From: Acanthaster planci | Taxonomy: Eukaryota | DNA: 64,000 nucleotides | Direction: 5' to 3' | Assembly (NCBI RefSeq): GCF_001949145.1 | Contig: NW_019091358.1 | Coordinates: 1,932,240-1,996,239, forward strand | Part shown: positions 50,315 to 63,532 of the stretch, piece after piece | Layout: the number at the start of each line of letters is the position of its first letter | How positions within the stretch are numbered: the stretch's first letter is position 1 | Translations under genes and position numbers: made by a program | Notes under the pieces: model-generated | The model's database searches: none | Told to the model about the DNA's origin: nothing | Seen by the model: only the letters and a program-made list of their open reading frames with translations

Positions 50315-53300
50315 GTAAGTGTTCTCCCAACCGATGTCTGAAAAACCAACTATGTACAATCAAACAGTAGCATTTGGGATTTTCAAAATAAAATACACAG
50401 AAGGGGAAAAAAGTTTATCGTGGCTGCATGAAAAGTGCGCGTCTCCGGAAGTTACCACTGTAATGAAACAACTACTTCTTAGTTAAAATTTGAAACTATT
50501 GGAGCTGAAAAAGAGTAGCATATAATAGTAGTTTAACACTAAAATTTAACTTATTCGCTATATAACTAATCGATCATTATTTTGATCTCTACAATTTTAG
50601 ATACCGGCTGTGTGCTCATCAAACAATTAGTGATTTCTTCACAGGTTCTGTTTCTGTTTTTGTCGCAATGTACTCTCTCAAGGTTTTTTAGGGAAGAGAA
50701 ATCTAGGAAAGGAAGGTGTAGGAAAAATATAGTCTCAAATGTTCAACCGTTAGATAGCAGTAGAACACGCTTGTGCATGGAGCAATCAAACTCAATATAG
50801 TCTGAAGGTAGCTTTTGAGAAAATCATCACTGTCATTACAAAGGTATCTGGAGCATATATGTGTGTAGTGAAAACGTTATTTTCCCGTGCACTTGGATGT
50901 TGAGCCGGTTGTCACGTAGATAGCACTACGTGTGTATACAAATGGTCATTCCACACTTGCTCATCAATATGGTCAATAACGTTTGAATGGTGTCAAACGC
51001 ATATTGCACCAAATCAGCTACCAGTACACAGCTGCCTTGGAGTGGTTTAATGACTAGTGCGGGTAGCGACCGACATTTTGAATAAATACATAAAGACGAA
51101 GTGATTAGTATTAAAGGTCACCGGTTTAAGACAGCATTACATACTAGATCTGGAGTTAAGTAAGTGATTGACAATGTAATAAAATCCCAGGTTAGAAATT
51201 TTTGGCTCAACACATTTTTTGAAACTGGCAGCTGTTGAACGAAAATCTCGTAAAACAAGTTAGAGGAAAGTAGGCCACGGCTGCGTACCCACCATTTCAG
51301 TAGGGCATAATGGAAAGGCATATTAGCAAAGCAAAATCGTTACCTCCATCACAAATCCAGGTTTTTTTCTTAAGCTTTTTAATTTTTTTCCTTCAATTCA
51401 AAACTATCATATCGTACATACCCAGTGTAGCTTGTAAAGCCAAAAAAACTTAACAAAAAGATACATTTTATGCCATGATGCCATAATTGATGAGTCAGTC
51501 AGATAAATAGCCTTTTAAGTTACAAAAAAATCAAAGCAGGCATTTTAGACAGGGTGTAAACATAGATTGCACCTGCAGCTTTACGTACATTTTCAAGAAT
51601 TAAAGCGATCATGACCGGAATACCCATCGTCGCGACTTAAAATCCAACTGGGCAGATTAAGGACGATGACGACTTTTATTTTGGAAATGCATTCAAAGCT
51701 TTCACCCCATAGATTGGACTTGTTTCATACATTCGACGTAGTAAATGCATTTATTTGGATGAGAGGCCACGTCCAATCAGAAGACAATTCAACTGCAGGC
51801 TTCATTATTTTGTTGAATTATCTTAAAGGATTTAAACTGAAAGTAAATTGTGGAAAGCATTTCCAATTTCAATCGAACAAACGCACATTGGGAGATATAT
51901 TACTTTGGACAGTCAGCGCCTCAGAAATTTAGTGGTATGCCAGAATGACAGGACGAAAGGTAAACTTTTTACGTGAAGGTACCTCAAGCACAAAGGTGAA
52001 CATACATATTGCGCTGAAATTCATAGTATATTTCTATCAATCTGTTTCGTTTTCAGTCTGGTGATTTGATATGGTGTGAGGAAGTTGTGCCAAAACTACA
52101 GAAGATGAAATCGCGTTTATAAACTGAAACGAATAACTGATAAAGTGTGCCGTGTTAACGACAGTTTATCCCAACCTAAAACAAAGCCATACTTATATCC
52201 TCCTCATTTGAACAATACCGCTAGCCCATAGAGACATGCAAGAAGGTTTTCTGCAGAATAAATAATCCAATCCTCTTTATATTTCTAAACCCTGGTTTCT
52301 AACGAATAGGCCTACGCCCGTCCGTAGGCCTACTTATATCCTCCTCATTTGAACAATACCGCTAGCCCATAGAGACATGCAAGAAGGTTTTCTGCAGAAT
52401 AAATATCTAATCTCTTTATATTTCTAAACCCTGGTTTCTAACGAATAGGCCTACGCCCGTCCAGAGAGCAACATTACAAAAAGTAGCGCCACAGAATGCC
52501 AACAAAAACTTTGACAAGAGATAATCCCCTATGACGTCCAGACAGGTTTAGCTCAGATGTGTTGAAGTCATTGTACTGCGTCAGCCGGACAGGAAAGTCC
52601 AGAATTAGAAATCGCCCAGTCATGAATACGGGTCCCGCTGCATGATTTGCCAACTAAAGCACATCGCTGTTCTCCTTGAAGCATTTGATTACTCGCTGTG
52701 CAACAGACAGCAAGCCTCTGGCAATATTTGACTGTTCCTTGTATTTGGCATCTACCGGTGTTAAGTGACAACCATCTTGTCAGTTACTTTAGAAATCTAG
52801 ATTGCAACGACTGTCTCTCCTGTACCTGCGTCGTAGCTGTCTACTATGCAATATCCCATAGGAGTTGAATATGAAAACAAACTGTCACGGTGTTTTCTTT
52901 TTGTTGCCCCCCGAGAGCCTGCCTACCAGGTTTGTAATTAATTGGAATTCTTTTCGTTTGATTCAACTTCTAAATATCATTATGGCGCGTGATAGCGTCT
53001 ACCTTTGCCCTGTACTTAAATTGGTACCAATTAATACCGTGAAAAGGCTTAATGTAATAGACACAAAATAGTCAAAACACATCACATATTGTGCTTCATA
53101 CTTTGCCGCTATTGTCTACAAAATCCAAGTTCTTCCATAGTTGCACGGAAAGTGGCTTGAGCAGAAATATTCCGTGCACACAGACTTCGAATTGCCTGTC
53201 ACTGCCTCAATTATGCCTTTTAATCCCCTGCATGGATTTGCCTCATAGCCACGAGGCAGATACGTACCATACAAGACGGGACTTACGCCTTGAAAAATCA

Positions 53301-56300
53301 ATCCCGAAATGACCCTAACGTGGTTTACGAGTGACGATGGTGACTTCGTCGCGCGGGCTCAAGGATAAGGAAGAATGGGTAGCTTAAGAAAATCCAATAG
53401 TATTTGTTCAACAATGAATAAGCTGAATAAGCTGACTACACGCGAGCTTGTGGGTTTATGGATCGCCGCCTGAATTTCATCAAGCACCGTTGTATACAGT
53501 CGGAATATTACAGTCGTGTATCTTGGCACTGATGGTGTATCTGCACGTTGGCATTTAAAGCGTAGCAACGCGTCAGTCGCCCCAGTGAGTCGTATACATG
53601 TAAAATATGCATTCTTATTCATGAAACAAACTCAGCATGAAATCGACAAGTATTTCTTGTACTTTGCGAATTAGTATACGCTCCAATTAATCTGGCAGTC
53701 GTTTAATTGTTGCCCCGGTAATTTCACAATATTTATTGCGCCAGCTAATAACTTCAAACATTAAAAAGAGTGTTTTCTTTTAGCGGATATAAAGAAATTT
53801 AAAGTCATTTAAGTGTACAAGATAGCCGTTTAACGTTAATCAAGATGCACATTATCTGGAACAGATTTCTGTGCAATTCGTAACATTTTGTGCCTATTGT
53901 CATACAACATACAAGTTACACTGACATTTATGATATCCATTATAAATCATGAACTCTATATTCTGGTAATGTGTTTAGCAGTACAAGATCGGCAATTAGG
54001 TGTGGGGAATATGGGGTGGGTTAAAGGACAGCGTGAATAGGGAAGGGGCTGGAAGAAAAAAAGGGGGAGGATTTGTAATGGTAAAGTCGAACTATTCGTA
54101 TACTTGATGTTAAAAAAAATGACACAAAGTTGACAAGCGAGTTAACGGCCGCATGGGATTTCCAAATTACGCCACAATGCACATGGGTAATTTTATTACA
54201 GTGAACAGTTGTTCCAAGACCTCGAATTTATCCACTGCTACCCAAATAGATTCATCTGTGCAGAAAACCCATCGACCTTTTCCATACCATAGCAGTTCCT
54301 ACTCAAGCAGTAAATTATCGAAGAAGACAGACATATTTTCCGAGACTGGACTGAGTAAGCATTGAAAGCGATGAATTAGTATATGAAAGGTGACACAGAG
54401 GTGCCTTACGTGCAGACGAATAAGTCTGGAGGCAGAACATGGCGCTTTTCATGGCTGCATGTGCTGCTCTCCTATTCTAACCTTTAATTTAAGAAAAGTG
54501 TTTGTTTCTCTCGTATGTTTGTGATATATTATGTATGCAACGTATTCTTCAGCCGAAAGTGATGCTAAAACAGTTTGCAAAGAAAGTGTCGTCGAAATGA
54601 ATGATCGCCTTTCACTATTCTGGCAGAGTCAGCAAACTAAATAATCCCTCCATTTCATTGCATGCGGTACAGTCAGTCAACCCCCCCCCCAGGAAAATCC
54701 ATGTAAGGTCGTCGTAGGTCACAAACCTAACTTAAAATATTAGGGTATGGTGCTTAGAAAAGAAGATTAAGAATTTACATACTTGAATGTATATTATCTC
54801 CGGGAGATCCTGTTATCGGTATTTTGACTTGATTATTATTAAAATGCGTAGCCGTTCCACCAATATTCTATTTTGGTATGATGATCTTTTTGGTATTTAT
54901 TTGTGGATATTGGCTGTTTTTATTCCAATCCTTGGACGTTGCTAGGATTTGTTTCCGGAAGGGGGTTTATGAGAGTTACTAATTAATCAGTAGCAAACTG
55001 ATGCACCCTTAACATTTGGAGGGAGTCAATTCCAACGGTATTTCTAAGGAAATTGGTGATTTCCATCTCCTTGGATCTTTTCCTCCGTGTGTCTTTCGTC
55101 TTGTCCCAGCTGTTTTGATTTTCAGTTCTTGTCTTGGCTCGTCCCCTCGTGACTTTTCATGCATAAAGGTTTTGGGTTTTTATTTTGTTCGTTGGTGAGC
55201 TGGATAGGCGAGTAATCACATTAAGAGGTCGTTGGTAATTGATTTCCTATGGTAGAGATGCTGACTTTTTGGTGATCAATTGGTGCCCTTTTCAAGAGAC
55301 GCAAAGTTTTGAAATGTTAATGAATAATTGATCAGTTACACACAAGCTTAGAAAAAGGAACATGCACCCTGATTCGCCTACCAAAAGAGACAAGTATTTT
55401 TTATAATGGACTCTGAAAACGGAAATTATATGATGACGGTCACTTGATATTGTAGATGACATTCACATTAATGTATTGATATTGTCCTAGGAACGGCGAA
55501 CAATGAAACACAAACAAACAGAAGAGGTATGTGCAACAGAACATGGGTTAGCAGCCAAAAATAACGGAAAGCTAAATAAAGAGCTTTAATACACTAATAA
55601 TAAACATCCTATTTCAATGATCTGATTTCCACGAAACATATCTTTATTTCCTTTAACAGCAATGACGTAATCAGATCTTGGTTACAGGAGGGTCAAAATG
55701 GAACACTGTTTAAAACTGACAGTCCATTTTGTCATGTGTAAAATAATCCTCATTAACCCCCCCCAGGTGGTAGTACGGCTTCCACAATTCTGGCTCTTTC
55801 AATTGAATAAAACAACACGTCAGGTTTGCTGGCTACGTTAATGCAAGACAGAATGTGCTGCCAGATACGGGTGAAGAACAATGACTTTCCCCACTTTTCT
55901 CACACCTTTTACTCTTCTACTTTGAAAAATCACAACTTTTGAAGTATGATTTTCTAGTATCATAGGGAATATTCATTTTATAGTTTCCTGTAAAAATTAA
56001 ACGTTTTTCTTTTCACACCAGCGTTTAAAGCGTCTTAAAGTTTCCAATCTTTCCGTTTGGAACATTAATCTTTCCAATCCAAACTGACACTTTCTCCTCA
56101 AATTTCTCCTAATCAGAACACCTGCTGGTTCTTCATTTTGTGTAATAAACTTAAGGAGAAAACTTAACTAACGTCAAAAGTAAAAAGTTTGCAAACCTAC
56201 TCTCTACAACCTCACCCTGGTTGGATTATACTAATCTTGTGCATAAATTAACTTATGTAAAACTCTCCAAACCGAATTGCCTCATATCTTGAATCAAACT

Positions 56301-59300
56301 ATCTATGTACCTCCTTATGTGCAGGCACGAAGGCAACACTGTACGAGTATGAACTTCTTCAGGACATGTTCACCAATTATAGCTCAATTGTGCGCCCGGT
56401 GATCAATGCTTCGGAGTCTATAGAGGTCAGGCTGGGTGCTGCTCTCCAGCAGATCATAGAAATGGTAAATTTGGCGATAGGCAGACAGTGAACAAAATGA
56501 CAATTTTTGAATTTAATTCGATGTATATGGCTTGTAGACGGCTACTTTTAACTTTATATTGTTGTTCAACTTAAGGAATTAAATTAACACGGACTGGTTA
56601 ATTGGTTAGAAAAGTACTTAAGCCTATGATATAGACTCGCGCGACAGCTTGCCAAAGGTACTTCAATACTAAACATATGTGTTTGCTTTCAATTTCCAAA
56701 CACCTGATAATAGGATGAAAAGAACCAAGTCCTGACTGTTAACCTGTGGATGCGAATGGTAAGATGGGTACATTATAGTACTACTAGGTAGATTCTTCGG
56801 ATCCGAACTATAATAACGGATATTATTCAGGAACCAATGAGGATTCCGATTCAGTTTCAGATAAAAAAAGACACATGGCCTTCAAAGGGAGCATTAACTG
56901 TTGAATACAGACAGCATAATGCAACATTGTTCCAGGGGTTGATATCTGCTTTCAAAGAAAATCTGGTCTTCAACAAGTAAGGCATATGTGCATCTGTGCA
57001 TGTCTGTCAGTATACTGTACTCGTATACTGTACGAAATTCCTTGAAGTTGTTCTAGTTAATCACAAATAGTTTAAAGTTGGATAAAAGTCCTCAATGTTT
57101 TGACGAAGGTGTCTCCCATGAGTTTTGAGACTAAGGAACTTGCACATCTATTTTCTTGCAACCTCGTCAACAGTGAAAAAACATTAACTTACTTTTGTGC
57201 GTTCGTTTATTTTTCAAAACAGCAATGGACAGACAGTAACTTCCTTTGGGATCCAGCTGATTACGGTGGTACTGACACACTTATCGTCCCTATTAATTCT
57301 ATTTGGAGACCAGATATCGTGCTATACACGAAGTAAGTTTACCCTTACTACTGATTACGTTTACTGTAAACTGATTTATGAGGACAACTACTGCTTACAA
57401 AGCAAGTAATATGCTTCGATCTTTTCACATGACCAAATACTTCGAGTCGCCAGATGATCAGGAACTGGGGGAACAGACACAATGACCAGTCCGAATAAAA
57501 GTTGTTTTATATTTGCAAAAAATTAGAGTGAGGTAGTTGGGGGCTGCTTAATTTCTCCGCCTCTTCGGAAAGCATATAAAACGCCCCATAATTCAACCTC
57601 ACCCCTCAAATGACAAAGGGCTACGTTATGTAATAACCCAAAGTTTGCCGTACTCAAGGACACAATCACAAAAAATGCACAGAAATCACAAAAATGCACA
57701 GAGAGCAGCAATTTCTTTCGCCAAAATTATTTTTATGAAATTTCAAAACGTGCTATATTTAAAAGGCCACAGCTGATGTAGAACATGATTTTAAAGCCCC
57801 TGACCTGAAGAAACAAAATACAGTAGTCAGGATTCACATAATTTCTTTACTATTTTGTTTGTAACAGTGCTGACTCTGGATTCAGTGGCATGATGGAAAC
57901 TAATGCAGCTATCACCAACACTGGCATCGTGTACTGGAACGCCCCAGCCATCTACACCAGTACCTGCAAGATAGACGTATCCTTTTTCCCATTCGATGAG
58001 CAGCGCTGTCCGCTGAAATTCGGTTCCTGGGCCTACAACGGCTTCCAGATCGACCTGGTCAACCGCTCCCTTTCAGGAGACACCTCGGCTTACATCGACA
58101 ATGGGGAGTGGGAGCTGGTCGGCATGCCCGTGAGAAACAACATCGCCTACTACCTCTGCTGCGTGGCGCCTTTTCCCGATGTCACCTTCACCATTGTCAT
58201 AAGGCGTCGGCCTCTCTTCTACCTCTTTAACCTCTTAGTCCCTTGCATGCTCATTTCGTTGATCACCGTGCTGGACTTCTACTTACCGGCGGACTCTGGG
58301 GAGAAAGTTACCCTTGGTATCACCATCTTGCTTGCCCTTATTGTGTTCCTGCTTCTTGTTGCGGAGACAATGCCGCCAACCTCTGAAGTTGTTCCACTCA
58401 TTGGTAAGACTACCAGTACTAGAAGAAAGCATTAAGAGTCATTTTAAACTTGAACCATGTGGAAAACATTGTTTTGGAGTTGCTGACAATTTGAAATGTT
58501 TGAACTTTACAATCTTGCGAAGAGATTAATCAGTCAATGCTTACCGTTATTGATAAAATGCGGGTTTACTGCAAAATGTCAATCTTTGAGTTTGCCGCTA
58601 ATATATCATGAAATCACACCTAAATGCGCAACAGGGGATCAACCCGGGCCTAGAACAGTAAGAACAAGCGTGAGGAAACAGAAATTTACTTGTAGTAAAA
58701 AAAAATTGAACAACAAATTCAAATAAAACTTGGATAAATGAATTTTGTTTCTTCTCGCCCTCTATGATAGAAAAACGGTGTGACTTATTTTGAAACATTA
58801 CTGGCATACATGAAGCTTGGATTTTGTCCCAAAGCCTGACTTACAAACTGTGGGATTTTCAAATATCTGTTATTAATATTATTGATAGGTAGTACAAACT
58901 GGTGTGTTAACCAATAGCCCAAACCTACCATTACATGTACTTATAAACTGAATACCGGTCTCAGTCCTCCGCGACAACTTCCTTCTCGTCAGCTCAACTA
59001 CCCCACATACAAATCAATGTTTACAATCCAGTCAAAATAACTGGTGTAGTTCCATCAGACATGTATTGTTAATAATTATTAATAAATCATCTCATTGAGC
59101 TGAACTTTGCCAGAATCCACAACGTTACAATATAGGACATGGTGTTGGCCGGGGTTCTTGACTGTAAATCTTTTCTTTTTAGAGTCAGTAGGTACTTGTG
59201 ATGGGTACTTTTATCATTGTGTCTTGTTGTTCTTGGCACTTCTTGCTGAGAAGTTTCTGCTTTTCTTAACTGCATATAAAATGCCCATTCGGGACCTTTT

Positions 59301-59835
59301 CTATACTACAGGTCAGTACTATCTCGCTACTATCGTCCTCGTTTCTGGCTCTACGGCGATGACAGTCTTTGTGCTGTACCTTCACTATCGCCTGCCAGGC
59401 ACCAAGCCAGTGCCTTCCTGGCTCCGGACCCTGACCTTCCACTACCTTGCCCGAATACTTTGTCTCCGCTCCGCTGTCAAGGTGGCACCAGATGCTCAAA
59501 GGTCAGAGGTCGTGGAGAACAACCACTTCTCCAACGGCAATGCTCAGAAAGACAAGAGCTACAAGACCAACGGAAACAATATATCCACGGTTACCTTGCC
59601 GCCCTTAATCTCCGAGAGGTTTGAGAGGAACGTCAATTCCATCCTTGACGAAATCAAGTACCTAACAAATCGGGCAAAGGAGTCGGACAGTGAGGAGGAC
59701 CTCCTTACTGAGTGGAAGTATGTGGCCATGGTCTTTGACCGCATGTTCATGTGGATTTTCTTGATCACCACCATTGTAACGACCATTGGTATTCTCTGCC
59801 AACCCAAGCCGTATACACTTCGAGAAGACTTATAA
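50257..59835 (+). CDS. CHRNA9/CHRNA10-like: Gene B: nicotinic acetylcholine receptor alpha subunit, alpha9/alpha10-like, complete, 470 aa
   Basis: join(50257..50314,56325..56464,56714..56758,57223..57332,57868..58403,59312..59835) = 1413 nt, all GT-AG, frame continuous. Cys-loop [21 protein letters not shown], loop C YLCCVAPF, SGEK-M2, EWKYVAMVFDR before M4. The symbol is a family label. Confidence 0.93.
52190..52462. repeat. Near-perfect tandem duplication of ~133 bp (52190-52323, 52331-52462) in gene B intron 1
   Basis: Copies differ only around AATAATCCAATCCTC versus AATATCTAATCTC. Confidence 0.95.
56325..56464 (+). CDS. Gene B exon 2 (140 bp; TKATLYEYELLQDMFTNYSSIVRPVINASESIEVRLGAALQQIIEM)
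   Basis: tgcag acceptor, GTAAAT donor, same size and phase as gene A exon 2. Confidence 0.93.
56714..56758 (+). CDS. Gene B exon 3 (45 bp; DEKNQVLTVNLWMRM)
   Basis: Typical 45-bp exon, tag acceptor, GTAAG donor. Confidence 0.95.
57223..57332 (+). CDS. Gene B exon 4 (110 bp; QWTDSNFLWDPADYGGTDTLIVPINSIWRPDIVLYT)
   Basis: acag acceptor, GTAAGT donor; end of track ORF 57100..57336. Confidence 0.95.
57868..58403 (+). CDS. Gene B exon 5 (536 bp; Cys-loop to M2/PLI)
   Basis: taacag acceptor, G|GTAAG donor; track ORF 57890..58435. Confidence 0.97.
59312..59835 (+). CDS. Gene B exon 6 (M3, cytoplasmic loop, M4, TAA stop)
   Basis: ctacag acceptor then (G)QYYLATIVLVS; 3' part of track ORF 59107..59835. 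Confidence 0.96.
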
Positions 59836-62176
59836 GTTTTATTAAAGAAAGACTTTAAAAACGATATGCCAAGAATGTCCCAAGCATTGGTAGTGAGTCA
59901 GAAAAGAAGGGTAACCCATATGTGAATGGGAAAAACAAAACAAAGAAGTACGTCATATTACTTGTTACTGCTGTCAGGTTGGAGGTCTACATTAGCCCTT
60001 CGTTCTTGGACGTGACAGGTCACCGCAATTTCTGTCCCTGCAGGATCAAACTCGGGGAGAATGCAAGAATTAAAGCAGCTCGAGGGCTATGTATTTGTGG
60101 GTATGTAGAGTGATGTATCTTTCAGTATTTTAGGCTCAATGACAATGACACATTGTGACTGATTGACGATTGAAAATGTAACGATGTTTCAAAACAATTC
60201 ATATTTCGGAGGTTATCAATGAAACTTCGCACTACCTTTCCACCCGGAACAACAGACGTTAAATTATACAGGAGGTACCAAAATCATTTGCTCCAGTCAT
60301 GTACCGTTGCCAATGTGATATATGTTGATTTATGCTGAAATTACATTCGGTAGTTCACCGTTTCCCAGCTTTGGTCTCGTTAGAATGATATGGAACAATC
60401 TCTAAAATAAGTTCCAATTAAACTATGGCGATAAGTTTCAATACTTGGTCGGAATTTCTTGTTGTTTAATTACAAGTGAAATGATACAAATTAAATATTA
60501 TTGTATTATAGTAAATATTTGTTAGCATGCAGTTACTTTGTACTATCCTTATTAAAAACGTGTCTTGCATTTTCTAAAACTGGTACACTGGGATACAGTA
60601 CTGTGCTTCTGATTACAGTTATTGTAAGTTATTGTCTTTTGCTGGACTGATTCACATGTAAAATAAAATATTTACATTTAGAGCAAATAGTAGTGAAACA
60701 CATACAAACAATACATTGTTGGCAGCTGTGTAGGTTTATCCAACGTTTCGAGTCGTTTAATTAACGTGACCTCTCTTCTTCAGGAATCCGAGAATGAAAG
60801 TTAAAAAAAAAACACACACACACAAAATAACAGCATTGGAGTAATTGTTGTGGGTTGAAGGACATAGAATAAAGGCAAAGGGGTTCTCTCAGATCATGTG
60901 AAGCTGGAAAATAAGTGTGCGAAAGAGACTCACCTGAGTGGGTGTGTTGAGTGATAATGTCGAAGCATTATATACACATGTATATGCTGTTATGTAGTAC
61001 CACATACCAAACTAATGATCCTACTTTAAACTATATGAAGGACTGCCTAATACAGGCGACTCTCCTCCAGTTTCAAAAATTTCATAAAGTTTCATTTTCG
61101 GACGCCATATGTACGGAAAGATGCCTTAATTTGTGCTTTCAGGTAAGAATTGCAGTTCAACTCCAGTTTTTCCTATTACAGATCAGTGTAACATACCACA
61201 AGCATACTAGATTTCCACGTATGAAAACCTTTCTGGAAATACCACTTACTTTAAATTCTTTGTTTGTAGTAGAAGTATAGACAGAATTCACCATAGCTAG
61301 CAGACAGAAGCTGTTCTCCCTTTGCATATCTTTACTATTGTAAATTAATGATACCAAACATTTTTTTTACTATTTATATGCATGAATACATTTAAAAGTC
61401 AAATAAAGTCATAATGTTACATTTGTTGTGTTTACTATGCCGTCACTTTCCTTTTTAACCATTAATGTAATATACAGCTTGTATGCAGGGTCTTGGTTCC
61501 TTGTCAGCGATTTACAAAGATATATTTTCTTTAAGTCGTACCGGTATTGCCTTTATCCGCAGTTCTGTGTTATTCTAGATTAATTCCATTGAATTCGTCT
61601 GGTCTGTGCCCTCCCTTATACAAACCACTCAGGCTAAAAGGCTAAAGGAGATAGCAAATAAGGGGAACCAGTGGGTCAAAGGAAGTGTGACATTGTTTCG
61701 TTTAATAGAGACGAGTAGCCACCAACAGAACGCGAATGATAACTAAAATGAGGAATGCCTTAAACAAAAGTTATCGTATCCAATGGAAGGGTTAACGTAT
61801 TGATTTAAAGGAACGCTCTGCTTTATTGTTGGTGTCTTTCCTTCCATCGTACAACGGACAAAAGAATGTCGACAGGTGGACTTTCCTCGATCTGAAAGGA
61901 ATTCCTTGTGAGGACCGGCACCACCATTCAAATCACACTTGACACGCTGTGACTGCGCCTCAAATGAGTCCCCTTTGCTTACACTGCCCTTACGATGGGC
62001 TTACTGAGCAGGCTACTTGGTGTGAGATGAGATACGTAGAAGATATCGACTGACACTCTTCGTATAAACCAAGTCCTGTAGGAATTGATTAGAATTATTT
62101 TGGACAAAATTAACCAACCTTCTCATTTGGCTGTTGCTGGGTCACTTTTTGTAATACCTGACCCTGGCACAAAGCC

Positions 62177-62225
62177 ATGATTGCTGGCAGAGCCATTTTG
62201 CTGTGTTTTGCCCTATGGATGACCT
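62177..62225 (+). CDS. Gene C exon 1 (signal peptide)
   Basis: GCCATG start, hydrophobic core, phase-1 donor GTAAGT. Confidence 0.75.
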
Positions 62226-63532
62226 GTAAGTACAATGCCGTTTATTCTTCTGTTTTTGGCTGTTTGCCATTTTCTTTAATAAAATCAGGACAAGAATAGG
62301 ATGCAATATGTCGAAGCACACAAGTGGAATATTTTTTATGTAAATACTTTATGGTAGGGCCTGCAACAACATACTTTTTCATGGATCGAACACCCTTTCC
62401 TTTCCATCACAATTAACACGTGTTTAGGGTGAGTGTATTGCGTCAAGGATGGCACTTTCAAGATCTTTCAGTGTTTCAGAGTGCGATTAAGCATGTACAT
62501 GGGCAAAATAAGTACCTGGGTAAAAAAAAAAACAAAAAAAAAACTCAATAATAGCCATACTTCAGCGTTTTGATACAGTCTGGGACAATCAAGGGATTGA
62601 CACACGTTTTCGAAAATTCATTATTGGAGATAAAACATTTAATAATTAATAAGCTTAATGAAATGTATATAAGACGTTGATTACAACTCTATTTCACAGG
62701 GTAAATCTCCCTTTTCACAGAGTAAATGGTTCTGAGTTTGATGCCAACATTTAGAGTGGTTAGTTTCTTCAGGGTTCATTTATGGTGAATTTCCAAGGTT
62801 GCTTTCCGATTATGTTTATGAGGTCTTGATGCCACACCAGACGAAGCCCGGCTTTTTGCTGACCTGTTTCAGTGCCTCAATCCCGCGATAAGACCAGTGG
62901 ACAATATCAGCGAACCAGTACTTGTGACAGTGGGAGCTGCCATCCAAATGATCGTGGAACTGGTGAGTTTTCGAAGTTATAGAAATTTTTATGTTAAGAA
63001 TCAACATTGCCTAAACCAATAAACCAAAACTTACAGGTTTACGCAGCAATAATTACTGCAATGGAAAGCTCACCAAACGAATGGGGGGGGGGTTACAAAC
63101 ACAAACAGAAGAAAACAACATTGAAAGTTAACAGCAGTGGTGCACCCCCTCCCCCGAGGTTTTCTGTTTTGTTTTTCAGTTTCTGAAAAGCGCAATTACA
63201 ATATACGATTCTATATTTTAAAGTACCAGCTCTGTTAAGTCCCAATTCCCTGTGACACAACGGAGGGGGGGGGGCGGATGAACACTGACTCTATTTGGAG
63301 TGGCAAATTCTAGACTGAGCTCCCCCCCATAAATCATGTGTTTGCCTCTGTTGACAGTAAAAACTGTGACACGATAGATACGAGTTGGGTGTACTCTGGC
63401 CACCCGCTGTTTCACAATATCAGAAAACAATTAGGATTGAGTGAAATCATTAATTCAGTCCATTAACGACTGCATTACCTTTTACAGGACGAACGGAACC
63501 AGCTAATTACCACGAGCTTGTGGATGCGGTTT
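62177..63532 (+). CDS. Gene C: third nAChR subunit paralog, 5' part only (continues beyond the window)
   Basis: join(62177..62225,62823..62962,63488..63532): MIAGRAILLCFALWMTC LDATPDEARLFADLFQCLNPAIRPVDNISEPVLVTVGAAIQMIVEL DERNQLITTSLWMRF. Same 140/45-bp exons and phases as genes A and B. Alpha versus non-alpha cannot be decided because loop C is outside the window. Confidence 0.85.
62823..62962 (+). CDS. Gene C exon 2 (140 bp)
   Basis: EARL...IRPV...IQMIVEL motif, GTGAGT donor; the acceptor is an uncommon GAG. Confidence 0.85.
63488..63532 (+). CDS. Gene C exon 3 (45 bp; DERNQLITTSLWMRF)
   Basis: ttttacag acceptor, GTAAGT donor. Confidence 0.93.

Noticed and set aside
54878..54982. Hydrophobic short ORF MMIFLVFICGYWLFLFQ as an alternative first exon of gene B
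   Set aside because: No convincing phase-1 donor; the 50257-50314 exon has a consensus donor and a better signal peptide.
26000..58400. Possibility that genes A or B are anion-selective nAChRs as described in molluscs
   Set aside because: Both have GEK with Glu at -1', no Pro at -2' and Val at 13', the standard cation-channel signature.
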